The notes beneath the pieces are model-generated. The model was not told the DNA's origin. It searched no databases and was given only the letters and a program-made list of their open reading frames with translations. A DNA stretch of 64,000 bases from a virus (taxonomy: Duplodnaviria; Heunggongvirae; Uroviricota; Caudoviricetes). The stretch covers positions 52,285-116,284 of IMG/VR virus record IMGVR_UViG_3300029610_000357, one strand, 5' to 3'. Shown piece after piece: positions 1 through 9,374 of the stretch. The translations under genes and the position numbers were made by a program. Each line of letters begins with the position of its first letter. Position 1 is the stretch's first letter.

Positions 1-623
1 TTCTTAGTTTCTTCATCCAAAAAGTTAACAAGCTGAGAGTAGAGTAGAGGCATGTCTTTTTCACTTGGGTATTCATCAAATGGATCATACCCAATGATTT
101 TAATGACATCCTTCCTATTTTGTTCATATGCTTCTTTAAGAGCTTCAGCATCGGTATAAATGGATTCTGTTTTCACCTTCGACACATGAGTCATATCTTT
201 AAAAATATCACTATCACGCCAACGCTTGCCATGATACTGATTCAAACCAAGACTTGTTAGATAAACACCCCATATAGTTTTATTTTCTTTCTTTTTACCT
301 CTTTCTGGAGGCTTGTTTGCACTGAATACAGCAGTTTCCCATAAATCTTCATAGAATGGCTTATCTAAATACTCTAAAGCATCTTGAACGCTTTCTCTTG
401 TCTCTCCAAGAAATTCTCCAGCATCAGTTTTTCTACGAGCAACAGCAGTAGAACAATCTTTACAGATTCTTGTAATACCTGTTAAAACTCTAGGATCTGA
501 ACTACTATAGAATTTTGTCTTTGGAAGATCTTTGTTGCAAAAAGGACAGCGAAATGTTTCTTCTTTTTGTGCTTGTACCTTTTTAGCAGAGGATTGTGTA
601 CGGCGCATTGCAGTTTTCGCCAT
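1..623 (-). CDS. partial CDS, zinc-ribbon protein of unknown function (C-terminus lies beyond left edge)
   Basis: Own minus-strand translation from ATG 623-621: MAKTAMRRTQSSAKKVQAQKEETFRCPFCNKDL...RICKDCSTAVARRK. Open to nt 1, with a CxxC..CxxC pair. Missing from the ORF track only because it has no stop in the window. Confidence 0.55.
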   Translation of the reverse strand, partial: MAKTAMRRTQSSAKKVQAQKEETFRCPFCNKDLPKTKFYSSSDPRVLTGITRICKDCSTAVARRKTDAGEFLGETRESVQDALEYLDKPFYEDLWETAVFSANKPPERGKKKENKTIWGVYLTSLGLNQYHGKRWRDSDIFKDMTHVSKVKTESIYTDAEALKEAYEQNRKDVIKIIGYDPFDEYPSEKDMPLLYSQLVNFLDEETK

Positions 624-632
624 ATCTTACTC

Positions 633-1835
633 CTAACTTAAATATATTTTTTCAGAAGCGGTTCTACCCTTACCTTCTTCAAAGATCGTAAAGTAGGCAG
701 CAGAATCGCTTGATTGTAAAATTTTCTCAGCGAATGGATCAACACCCATTACACTTGGAACATTAATAACTTCAGCATGACGACCAACATCAGAGCTTTC
801 TAGATGATGTATGTGACCTGCAACCAAGTAGTCTAACTTTACACCATAGAAGTTCTGAAATTTACCATACGCATCTTTAATGTTCTTTTTATCACCATGA
901 AAAGCCAGAACATTGAAACCACAGATGTTTTCATAGATCAATCCAGTGGGATTCTCAATTACCTCAATGTTCGGGTTATTCTCTAATAATATTTTTAACA
1001 TTGCTCTTACTACGATACCAAGATTTTCATGAGTGAAAGTACCCTTAGGCTGTCCAAGCATTCTCAATTCACTATGGTTGCCATCAGTCATGTGGAATTT
1101 GATTCGTGCGTATTGAGACAATTCATTTAACCAATTTGCAAGAAAATATCCATATCTTACAGAGCTATCAATAACTCCATATCGCAATATGAATAATTGT
1201 CCAACTCTCAGAAGACCATCAATAAAGTCTCCAAGAGAGAAGATGTGTAGCTCTGATAGATTATGTTCATCAATCAGGCCAATTGTGTAGCTTAAAAGTT
1301 TATACATTCGATCTTCAAAGATTTCTGGGTTATATGAATTGATAATCTCACCTGAAAGGCCTTTAATTTCAAATTCAACACCATAGTGTTCATCTCCGAA
1401 GAACAAACAACCAGCTTCTCTATTATGAGTTACCGGCAATAAATCTGGAATTATAAAAGGTTCAAGATCTTTCATTGCCGATCCAATCTTTTCAAAGATC
1501 AGATCATCTCGACCAATCTCACGTTTCCATCTGTTTAATTCAAGTTTTTCTGTTTGAACCTGTGTCTTCAAAAGCTCTAACTCTCTAGTTTTAGCTTTCA
1601 CGGCAATAAGTTCACTGCTCTGAGTCATATCAGAAAATACATTTTCATAATATTTCTGAGCGTTTTGATATTCTTTACGATACTTAGACTCCCCATAGTT
1701 GTAACCAAGTTCTTTATTAAGATGTTTGGCTAATTCTTCCCAACTATTGCCTATAATACCGTTACTCTTCATGTCACACAGTCTCCATATGTACTGTTTT
1801 TCGTTTTCGTTTTCCTGTCTGTTTAAATCTACCAA
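633..1835 (-). CDS. calcineurin-like metallophosphoesterase (Mre11/SbcD-type) with N-terminal coiled-coil region
   Basis: Motifs GDEHYG, GDFIDG, GNHS, FHGD, GHIHH in canonical order. Confidence 0.75.
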   Translation of the reverse strand: MVDLNRQENENEKQYIWRLCDMKSNGIIGNSWEELAKHLNKELGYNYGESKYRKEYQNAQKYYENVFSDMTQSSELIAVKAKTRELELLKTQVQTEKLELNRWKREIGRDDLIFEKIGSAMKDLEPFIIPDLLPVTHNREAGCLFFGDEHYGVEFEIKGLSGEIINSYNPEIFEDRMYKLLSYTIGLIDEHNLSELHIFSLGDFIDGLLRVGQLFILRYGVIDSSVRYGYFLANWLNELSQYARIKFHMTDGNHSELRMLGQPKGTFTHENLGIVVRAMLKILLENNPNIEVIENPTGLIYENICGFNVLAFHGDKKNIKDAYGKFQNFYGVKLDYLVAGHIHHLESSDVGRHAEVINVPSVMGVDPFAEKILQSSDSAAYFTIFEEGKGRTASEKIYLS

Positions 1836-1841
1836 TGTGTC

Positions 1842-2252
1842 TTAACCCTCCCAATCTTCGTTTACCAGTTCCTTAAATCTATCAGTGAATTTACCATATG
1901 GTTGTAGTTTTGCAGGAACTGTAATAGGTTCTCTGTTCCTTGGATCAACCAATTCCTTTTCAGGAATATACCGAGATCCCAGTACAATACCAGAAGCGAG
2001 AGAAATCTCAGTGTCTTCAGCATCATTAGTTTCTTTCATAATCTTCATAACACAATCAGGAATAGCATCTAACACGATTTTACAATCACCCTTAGTGAAA
2101 CCTGTTGCATCAGAGACCATTGAAACAAGATCACGTTGTTTGTGTTTAAAATAATCTCTTTTTTTCTTTTTCAATTTTCCAGCACCATCCTTTTTATCAT
2201 TTCTCCGAGTTACAGTCCGTGCTTGCTGCTCATAATGAGTCAGCGTACACAT
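1842..2252 (-). CDS. HU/IHF-like DNA-binding protein with basic N-terminal extension
   Basis: C-terminal ~90 aa follow the HU pattern (DLVSMVSDATGFTKGDCKIVLDAI ... PRNREPITVPAKLQPYGKF). Confidence 0.55.
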   Translation of the reverse strand: MCTLTHYEQQARTVTRRNDKKDGAGKLKKKKRDYFKHKQRDLVSMVSDATGFTKGDCKIVLDAIPDCVMKIMKETNDAEDTEISLASGIVLGSRYIPEKELVDPRNREPITVPAKLQPYGKFTDRFKELVNEDWEG

Positions 2253-2262
2253 TTGGACATAG

Positions 2263-2335
<73 letters not shown>

Positions 2336-2519
2336 ACAAAAAGAGTACATTGTAACTACCAACAATGTACTCAAACTTAGAAAAGAGGTATAAATTATGA
2401 TTCCTACAAGAAATCTTAATAGCTTTGTAAATCTTTCTGAGGTATGAAACAACAGTAGAAAAGCGCAATAATCAAAACTTCACAAGAAAGGAGATAATAT
2501 GATTCCTCAGAAAGATTAA

Positions 2520-2591
2520 CAGGGATAACTGGATTTGAACCAGTGAATACAGCAGTCAAAGTGCTGTGCCTTACCGCTTGGCGATATCCCT
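2520..2591 (-). tRNA. tRNA-Gln(UUG)
   Basis: Acceptor AGGGATA/TATCCCT, anticodon arm CAGCA-CTTTGAC-TGCTG, T-arm ACTGG-TTCAAAT-CCAGT. Confidence 0.9.
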
Positions 2592-3204
2592 ATATGTATT
2601 TTAATTTTAAAGCAGGTCTTCACCTTACAGTCATTTGTGGAATAGTTTGTTCTGCAACATAGTAGATAAGTCTGAGCTTCGAGGAGCGACCTCTAACTTC
2701 TTACCTAAGTCTAAAAGACCAGTTCTATGACATGATCAATACATGCAATGTCAACCCACCATTCAGAATTAAGTTTTATTGTTATATACTCTATTAGCAT
2801 ATATATTCATTTTGAATTTGAACTTGCCCTTAACTGACTTGAGCGACATACCAGCGACTTTTCTTATACACTGTCTTTTGAACAGCTTCACATCAAACTA
2901 CATTATTTGGCTTTTCCACCTTTTACGTACCTGCCAGAGTACGCATTGAAGTGGATTATTCTCCACAGGAGCGTCTATTGTTGTAGCGAAAAGTTCTGTG
3001 CGTTAACCAGACCAAAATGCTGCACAATATCCATTTGCTTGAGAGTTTCTCTCTTGTCCATATCAGATCACTCCGACATAAAAAGAGACACAAAGAACGT
3101 ATCCGTACAATGTATCTCTCCAATTCGACATATGTGCCTAGAATATCTCTCGGACTCATGGCATTGAGTTTTATAACCGAGTTGCTTATGTTTTAAAATA
3201 CAAA
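2592..3204 (-). other. 613-nt ORF-free spacer inside the tRNA array (possible co-transcribed structured RNA)
   Basis: Flanked directly by tRNA-Gln and tRNA-Trp. Only short overlapping shadow ORFs without RBS, and no tRNA fold found by eye. Confidence 0.3.
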
Positions 3205-3276
3205 CACCCTAAGCTGGATTTGAACCAGCACGAACGGTTTTGGAGACCGTCATTCTACCAACTAAATTATTAGGGC
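3205..3276 (-). tRNA. tRNA-Trp(CCA)
   Basis: Acceptor GCCCTAA/TTAGGGT, anticodon arm ACGGT-CTCCAAA-ACCGT, T-arm GCTGG-TTCAAAT-CCAGC. Confidence 0.85.
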
Positions 3277-3283
3277 GATATTA

Positions 3284-3357
3284 CTGACATGACAGGACTC
3301 GAACCTGCAACACCAACGTCCGTAGCGTTGTGCTCTGTCCAGTTGAGCTACATGTCA
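3284..3357 (-). tRNA. tRNA-Arg(ACG)
   Basis: Acceptor TGACATG/CATGTCA, D-arm GCTC..GAGC, anticodon arm CAACG-CTACGGA-CGTTG, T-loop TTCGAGT. Confidence 0.9.
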
Positions 3358-3570
3358 ATAACGAATATGTATTTACCTCTCATACGTACACACTGGCGAG
3401 ACAATACATATTTCTAAAAAGCAACAGTGTGTAAGTATTGCTTTTCTAGGGCGAACTGAAGTGATGAACTCCATCAGAATATCAGAAGAGGTATACATTC
3501 CAATATCCACCAACCATCAGGGTGTTCGCATATTTTTTGGTTAATCTATCGTATAGTTACTAACCTAATC

Positions 3571-3656
3571 ATCCCTGTTGAGGGAATCGAACCCACTCGT
3601 GACCGAAGCCGCAAAATTTACAGTTTTGCCTGTCTCCTTAGCAGTATAAACAGGGA
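3571..3656 (-). tRNA. tRNA-Tyr(GUA), type II with long variable arm
   Basis: Acceptor TCCCTGT/ACAGGGA, anticodon arm GCAAAA-CTGTAAA-TTTTGC, variable arm GGCTTCGGTCAC, T-loop TTCGATT. Confidence 0.8.
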
Positions 3657-3695
3657 TATTAGCCCACAAGTCCGAAGAACATTGTAGGACAAACA

Positions 3696-3770
3696 TCACA
3701 CCAACGAGAGTCGAACTCGTATTGCATCCGTGAAAGGGATGTGTCCTAAAACCATTTAGACGATGGTGCG
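3696..3770 (-). tRNA. tRNA-Glu(UUC)
   Basis: Acceptor CGCACCA/TGGTGTG, Glu-type D-arm GTCT..AGGAC, anticodon arm CATCC-CTTTCAC-GGATG, T-arm ACGAG-TTCGACT-CTCGT. Confidence 0.85.
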
Positions 3771-3776
3771 ATTTAG

Positions 3777-3868
3777 CGTACGGACTGGGCTACGACCCCA
3801 GGATACACATGTTCGTATGTATACAGGATTAGCAATCCTGCGCATTAAACCAGCTCTGCCACCCGTAC
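3777..3868 (-). tRNA. tRNA-Ser(GCU), type II
   Basis: Acceptor GTACGGG/TCCGTAC, anticodon arm CAGGA-TTGCTAA-TCCTG, 22-nt variable arm, T-arm CTGGG-GTCGTAG-CCCAG (non-canonical T-loop). Confidence 0.8.
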
Positions 3869-4201
3869 ATAATTTTTTGTAGACCACTTTTAATCAAAGA
3901 TTCACTTCCAAACCACATGAGTCAAATTATCGTTAAGCTTCTACACGTCTTGTCTCTTGTACTTCGAAACAAGCATTCTCCGATTTATGGTTTCTTTTGC
4001 TGTTCAGTAGCTAATCTACTGCAAACAATTGACTCACCAACAACTTCCGCAGAAGCATTGGATCTTCTTTTTGTTGGGCACGCAAGGTGCAATGTTTTGC
4101 CTGTTGTCAGCAGACACTACTACATATGTGTCTATGAGTTGCTGACAATATTTAATGACCTATAGGCGATATTTCTTACGTGTGATAACATTAGCTTTTT
4201 G

Positions 4202-4591
4202 TTATTTTACCACATATACTTTACTGTACTTTTTGCCGAATCTCTTGACCTGTGAGTGAGAAGAGAAGTACATGTCGATATGTTTTCCTCTTACTCCGCC
4301 ACCAACGTCTTCCGCTGTATACAGATGTCCATTGATTCTGACCTTAGTACCTAATTTAATTTTTCTCCTATCAACAGAAATGGTTCTGCCTTGTTTTGCT
4401 CTGCGACCTGAAGCAGTTCGGGTTCCCCAACCACCAGAACATGACCGACAACCGCAGTATGCAGTAATCTTGTATGTTCCCAAACATTTAACTTTTTTAT
4501 TTTTCGCAGAGACAGCAGTAGAAGTAGTGAACCCTCCAACTGCCAATAGCATTGCCATTAACAGTGCGATCATTGAAATTTTCTTTTTCAT
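4202..4591 (-). CDS. secreted 3D-domain protein (cell-wall binding/lytic-transglycosylase-like)
   Basis: Signal peptide MKKKISMIALLMAMLLAVGG..AVSA. 3D-domain pattern YKITAYC..G..TASG...ISVD...LGT.V...G..YTAEDVGGGV.G.HIDMYF. Confidence 0.7.
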   Translation of the reverse strand: MKKKISMIALLMAMLLAVGGFTTSTAVSAKNKKVKCLGTYKITAYCGCRSCSGGWGTRTASGRRAKQGRTISVDRRKIKLGTKVRINGHLYTAEDVGGGVRGKHIDMYFSSHSQVKRFGKKYSKVYVVK

Positions 4592-4794
4592 GTTTATCTC
4601 CTTTGGTTGCTTTTACAAGTTTCCTCTGGAGGTCTATATATGTTATGGACAGTTGCAAGTCTCGGATGTCATCTCTGATTTTTGTTTTTAGCATAGACCT
4701 CGGAACCTACGAAGCGAATATTCTTTGTTGAAACAGCGTAGGCGTGAATCTTTGATCCACTGGCATTTTGAGATTTTATCTGTCCGAATAACCA

Positions 4795-4917
4795 ATTATT
4801 TATTCTTGGAATCTTTTTTGATCTGCTGGCGTTTCTTGAATGGAACTGGTTTCAATCCCCATGCAGTTCTTAAATCTTCCAGTGAGTTGTAATGTTCAGT
4901 TACTGTATTCCTTTTCA
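4795..4917 (-). CDS. small ORF (40 aa) directly downstream of structured element copy 1
   Basis: Own translation MKRNTVTEHYNSLEDLRTAWGLKPVPFKKRQQIKKDSKNK*. AGGAAGGA RBS 8 nt upstream. Confidence 0.3.
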
Positions 4918-4920
4918 TTG

Positions 4921-5017
4921 CTTATATCCTTCCTTTCATATATCACTATTTTACCACCCCTTCAAAACACTAGGTTTTACCTAGGTTTCTGAGGGGTATT
5001 TAATGTGGTAATTCTGC
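4921..5017 (-). ncRNA. conserved structured element, copy 1 of 3
   Basis: Minus sense: TTACCAC-ATTAAATA-CCCCTCAGAAAC..hairpin..GTTTTGAAGGGG-TGGTAAAATAGTGATATATG-AAGGAAGGA. Homologous to 5107-5202 and 47683-47772. Confidence 0.45.
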
Positions 5018-5106
5018 TCACCACTCAAAATTTTACCTTGAAATACACTTTTTAGTATATATAATTAACTCTTATTTCCTTTTCGAAAATCTGATCTTTT
5101 GAGCAT

Positions 5107-5202
5107 TTCCTTATCCTTCCTTCCATATATCACTATTTTACCACCCCCTGAAGAACGTAGGCAGAACCTAGCGTTTTCAGGGTCAATTAATGTGGTAATT
5201 CT
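5107..5202 (-). ncRNA. conserved structured element, copy 2 of 3
   Basis: Minus sense: TTACCAC-ATTAATTGA-CCCTGAAAACGCTAGG-TTCTG-CCTACGTTCTTCAGGG-G-GTGGTAAAATAGTGATATATGGAAGGAAGGATAAGG. Confidence 0.45.
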
Positions 5203-5213
5203 TTTTGCTGGCC

Positions 5214-6068
5214 TTATTTTTTGTCAGAATTATAGTATTTGGTATATCTATTTAACTGCATTTCACTCTTACAAGAAGTACAATACTGTCTAAGCCGTCC
5301 TTTACGATGCTTTTTCTTTTTTGAGATGTCTCTAAAAGGTTCTCCACAACAGGAGCATACAGAAATCTCAGGATATCCAATAAAGTGAAGGTATCTGTTC
5401 CCAAGATTCTTGAAGTCTGTAATCTCAAGAGCAACATCTCCTGAATCGACAAGAATATCTACAGAGAAGTTTAAGCTATTAACTTTCTTGCTCATTGTTA
5501 TACAATCGCTTCTGAACAGCCTGCCGATTATTTGGCATCTACGTTCTCTTGTACCTACTGTATTACCCAATGAGAATAAATATTTGTAGTCTGTATTCAC
5601 CCAATTATTGTTTTGAGGATTCAGAGCATTATAATACTTGGCCAAGCAAAGAGCAGTGAAGAGAATCTTTTGATCTCTAAGATTCTCTAACCCATTTATG
5701 GTTTCCATTTCAGACTCATAGATCGGCAGTGAATCAATTTCCACAAGAGGATACTTTTTAGCTTTGTGAATGATCTCATCAATGCATGAATACCATTTAG
5801 CTTCTCTGTAGCTCTCACAGGACTCTTTTAAGAACTCATTGATAGTTTTATATACCTGTGCAGGTTCTAAGCCTTTCTCGTGGATGTAATACTTTGCAAG
5901 CAGGGTAGCAGTATATGGGATACTGCTTTCCAACTCTTTTGTTTCTAAAATTTTTTCTACCAGTGTTTTTTCATTCAGTACGATATTAATAACAATCAGC
6001 CTCCTCAAACATAGATGATTCAATTTGTTTAATAGTTTCAATGACGAAAGAATCTCCGTCATATTCAA
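5214..6068 (-). CDS. hypothetical protein with C-terminal zinc ribbon (CSCCG..CTSC); start uncertain
   Basis: ORF track. The 5' 83 nt overlap the upstream gene, so the true start may be internal. Confidence 0.5.
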   Translation of the reverse strand: MNMTEILSSLKLLNKLNHLCLRRLIVINIVLNEKTLVEKILETKELESSIPYTATLLAKYYIHEKGLEPAQVYKTINEFLKESCESYREAKWYSCIDEIIHKAKKYPLVEIDSLPIYESEMETINGLENLRDQKILFTALCLAKYYNALNPQNNNWVNTDYKYLFSLGNTVGTRERRCQIIGRLFRSDCITMSKKVNSLNFSVDILVDSGDVALEITDFKNLGNRYLHFIGYPEISVCSCCGEPFRDISKKKKHRKGRLRQYCTSCKSEMQLNRYTKYYNSDKK

Positions 6069-7128
6069 AATCTCCTGATTCAGCTCTTACAGGATAAGAG
6101 ATCTGGTGATAGTTTCTCTCTAAGAGTCTTTGGACAAGGATGTCTCCAAACATGTCCCATACAAACTGCTTACTCTTGCCATTGGTATAGCAGAGGTCAA
6201 GAAGAATGTCACAAGCTTTCTCAGGATCAGGAACAGCAGTGGCAACAGCTTCTCTGAACAACATGACTCGGTTATTGATGATGTCTGTTACATTTAGTCC
6301 AAAGACACCCCGGCCATTGATTAGAGCATTCAGGGTTTTCATTTTCTTTGAATACTCGCTGTATAACTTCTTAAGAGCATAATAATCATTCTTGTTGTAC
6401 TCATGATCTCTTTTGAGAATGGAGTAATCAAAATCTGTTTGTGTATTCAACTTCTTTAAGTAGCCATCAAACTCATCCTCAAAGAGCTTACAGATTCGAT
6501 TCATTACACAAGGCCCTGTACCTACAGGTAAGAACTTATAGTAGTGATCTAAGAATTCTGCTTCATCCTCTGTGATAGGTTCTGTATCAGCTTTCTTGAG
6601 CAATTCATCAATCGTGCATCCAAACCAGATAATACATTTATCGTTTGAAGCTTTCACATAATTTGTGTAATCCTTTCTCAGGTGAGAGTAAATGTAGATC
6701 ATGAAGTATGGTTTCTTGTCAGCTACGATTCTCTGATTGAATTCTTTTCGCTTACGATCCTTTGATGAGTCTTCAGGATGGATGTTGTTGTCTTTTCTGT
6801 TATACCAGTAAGATGGGATAGGTTTACACACAATGCCCTTCAATTTGTCAATCGAATTTTGTTGGTATAGCTGACCGCAAATGATTCTGTAATCCAGTTC
6901 TTTAAACTCATCACTGTCAGGAGAGTAATGAGACTGTACTTCAAACTGAGAAGTGATGATGTTTGTTGTGAAGCCAATTTCGTCTCCAAAGGCATCCTTG
7001 TAAGCTTTTAAAATGTCTTTTCGTTTAGGGACAATCTTGTTAGCTTTGCGTTGAGCACAAATGATTGATGGAAGAGGACGATTGTTTTCAACAAGTATTC
7101 TATTGTTAGTTGTGAAGAAGAGGTCTCC
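5986..7128 (-). CDS. YonO-like single-subunit two-barrel RNA polymerase candidate, exon 2
   Basis: Frame stays open upstream of the track start. Own translation from 7128 gives GDLFFTTNNRILVENNRPLPSIICAQRKANKIVPKRKD...LKGIVCKPIPSYWY. Length is 1143 nt (381 codons), joining in frame to exon 1. Confidence 0.6.
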   Translation of the reverse strand, partial: GDLFFTTNNRILVENNRPLPSIICAQRKANKIVPKRKDILKAYKDAFGDEIGFTTNIITSQFEVQSHYSPDSDEFKELDYRIICGQLYQQNSIDKLKGIVCKPIPSYWYNRKDNNIHPEDSSKDRKRKEFNQRIVADKKPYFMIYIYSHLRKDYTNYVKASNDKCIIWFGCTIDELLKKADTEPITEDEAEFLDHYYKFLPVGTGPCVMNRICKLFEDEFDGYLKKLNTQTDFDYSILKRDHEYNKNDYYALKKLYSEYSKKMKTLNALINGRGVFGLNVTDIINNRVMLFREAVATAVPDPEKACDILLDLCYTNGKSKQFVWDMFGDILVQRLLERNYHQISYPVRAESGDFEYDGDSFVIETIKQIESSMFEEADCY

Positions 7129-7464
7129 CGATGTACCCTCGGTTTCCCGATATTTATGGAGAAAGGGGACTAGACTATATCATTACACAGCATAGGTCTT
7201 ACACTGTGATGCTCGGCACTTCCCTTGGGGAGTTTCACCCTTTTGGTACTCTACTTGCTACCGATACCGTATTCCTCGAATATCAGTGCTTTGGATAGTC
7301 GTTTGACTTTCAATTTCTGCTTAGCACAGGATTACCACCGGCATTACCCGCTGAGGCTCCCCTGTTAGCATATGCGTTAACTTCCATTTCCTGAAGCTAC
7401 TGTACGTCACATATACACCTTACATTTGTAAGTTCACCGAGTTTTACTTCGACCAAGTAAACTA
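7129..7464 (-). ncRNA. group I self-splicing intron, ORF-less (336 nt)
   Basis: 5' exon ends UUCGAU. The intron guide GUCGAA (11 nt in) pairs with it, giving a U.G wobble at the splice site. The intron ends ..GGUACAUCG (terminal G). It contains GAUAUAGUCUAGUCC and is homologous to the intron at 56040-56387. Confidence 0.7.
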
Positions 7465-9114
7465 ATCGAAGTCGCAACCGTTAAGTGATTCACATGTATT
7501 ATCCCAATCATTGATCACACAAATGGATGGGAGATACTGGAACCAGTATGAAAGCTGCTCATTGTTCTTCACTTTAAGATTGACGATGTTATAATGGCTT
7601 GTCATTGGAGCTCTGAAGCAAGCTACTTCATCAACCTGTCTATCGATCCAATGCTTGTGATACATTTCTCCTGCTTTAAGCAATCCTGTAACTTCAAGTC
7701 CAAACATGGATTGCATGAGAGCATATGGATCACCAGCAACGATTGAATAATTACCTTTCACTTTGATGCGTCCGATCTTAGCATCTTGGATTCGTTTCTT
7801 GATGAGAGAATGAATCTTAGATCGAATGAAAGGATCTTTGATCATCTCAGGTTCAGCTATGAGTGCCTGAATGTATGTAAAAGCATCTGACTGTAAGATG
7901 TTCTTCTCAGTCATATTCTTACCTCGCAGGAAGAGCAGAGTCTTTCTGTAATCCATCCCAAGAATGTCTTTGATCTCTTTTATGGTTGGCTCACAAAGCT
8001 CTCTTATTTGGTCGTCTGTAAGATAATAGCTCTGTAAGAACTGATAGTTAAGATTCCTTTCAGTATCACATTCTTGTTCGGCTGTTTTGGCAAGAGCAAA
8101 GTGATAATCATACTTCTCAATGTTCTCTAAGTAGTCTTCCATAGAGTCATATGCATCCCATAGCTTAAACATAGATGTTGTAAGTATCACCTGAGCGTCT
8201 CTAACGTCCCTAGGATGGCCCCAAGCATCAATAATGGTATAAGTCTTAGCTACGTCCTCTGCAAAGGCTCTAAAGTCCATACAGTGAAGCATACCTTTAC
8301 AGAATGGCCATCCTCTCATGTTGCCAGATGGAAGAGGAGTATCATAATCTCCATTCAGTTCACCATTCCATTGTCTTGCAAGTTCTGGAAGAACTAATCC
8401 TTCTCCATCAGACCCATTGTGTACAAACTCTTGATCATCAAGAAGAGTTACTTCTGGTTCATCTGAGTTTGTATCATCCACATAAAGAGCTTGTCCCTTA
8501 AAGATCGTCTCACAGTCTTGTACAACAATCACTCCTGATGGTGGAGTAACAACTGTAGAAGAAGAGCAGAAGAGTGCTTTGTACGCTCCGAGCTTGTTTG
8601 GTATGATCGGAACTTCTTTATTCCTCCCGGCATCTACTTTCTCACAGAGAGCATCGTATACATTGTCACTGACAAAGATTACAACACTGTTCTTTAAGCC
8701 TCCTGTGGTTCCTAAGAAGAGATTGTAGTGGAGATCATTTACAATGAATCCATGCTTGCTGCAGTAGTCATAATCTTTCTTTGTGTCGAAGACCACTGTG
8801 AGGTAGTCTGTTTGGAATCGACATTTGTACAGATCATTGTAGAGTAGTGAGATAAGTTCTTTGCTTCCTCTGTTGGCTGAAAGCTCTTTGATCTTCTTTC
8901 GGATTCTTTTTGCTCTTATGTCTGAATCATAGTCATGGATCAATGAGTCAATTGTTCTTAATGCTTCAGAACTTGAAAGAGTAATAATGTCGTCTCCATT
9001 CTCCCTCGCTTCATTGAGTGGTAGAGAAAGTTTCCACTTCGCCTTTCTTAATCGGCTGCTGTGTAGTTTGTAAATATATTTCTGACTCGTTTTTTGCTTA
9101 GAAATAATGATCAC
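7465..9114 (-). CDS. YonO-like single-subunit two-barrel RNA polymerase candidate, exon 1
   Basis: 550 codons ending ...CESLNGCDFD. Splicing to exon 2 restores NGCDFDGD, resembling the NADFDGD/DxDGD metal-binding motif of two-barrel RNAPs. Confidence 0.6.
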
Positions 9115-9228
9115 TCCTTTTTTGATTTTTTATGTGTTGAGTGGAGAGAAGTTTTTGTAATTTTTAGCCTCTCCAAAACTTAACCTCTTAGTATAAAAAT
9201 TTCGGCGTCCATAATTTAAGTAATATTC

Positions 9229-9251
9229 TTAATGTTACTACGTAACATTAA
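9229..9251. promoter_or_regulatory. perfect 10-bp inverted repeat TTAATGTTAC-tac-GTAACATTAA in AT-rich leader of the RNAP gene
   Basis: Read directly. A half-site-like TTAATGTTAAT recurs at ~9281. Confidence 0.35.
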
Positions 9252-9340
9252 AAATATTATTAAATCATTTAATTTCTTTTTAATGTTAATTACTATTTAA
9301 TATTTAATTAATACATATCCTTATATTTATATACGGTTTT

Positions 9341-9374
9341 AAAAAAGACACGCTTTTATGCGGGTTTAAGATCC
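9341..9374 (-). promoter_or_regulatory. conserved 33-nt box, copy 1 (AAAAAAGACACGCTTTTATGCGGGTTTAAGATCC)
   Basis: Near-identical to 11324-11356. Minus sense contains CGCATAAAAG, resembling the ATCATAAA boxes of the right arm. Confidence 0.35.

Noticed and set aside
9341-9372. The 33-nt boxes as intrinsic terminators for leftward transcription
   Set aside because: The first copy can form only a 5-of-6 bp stem and the second only ~3 bp. Sequence is conserved, not pairing, so they are listed as regulatory boxes of unknown role.
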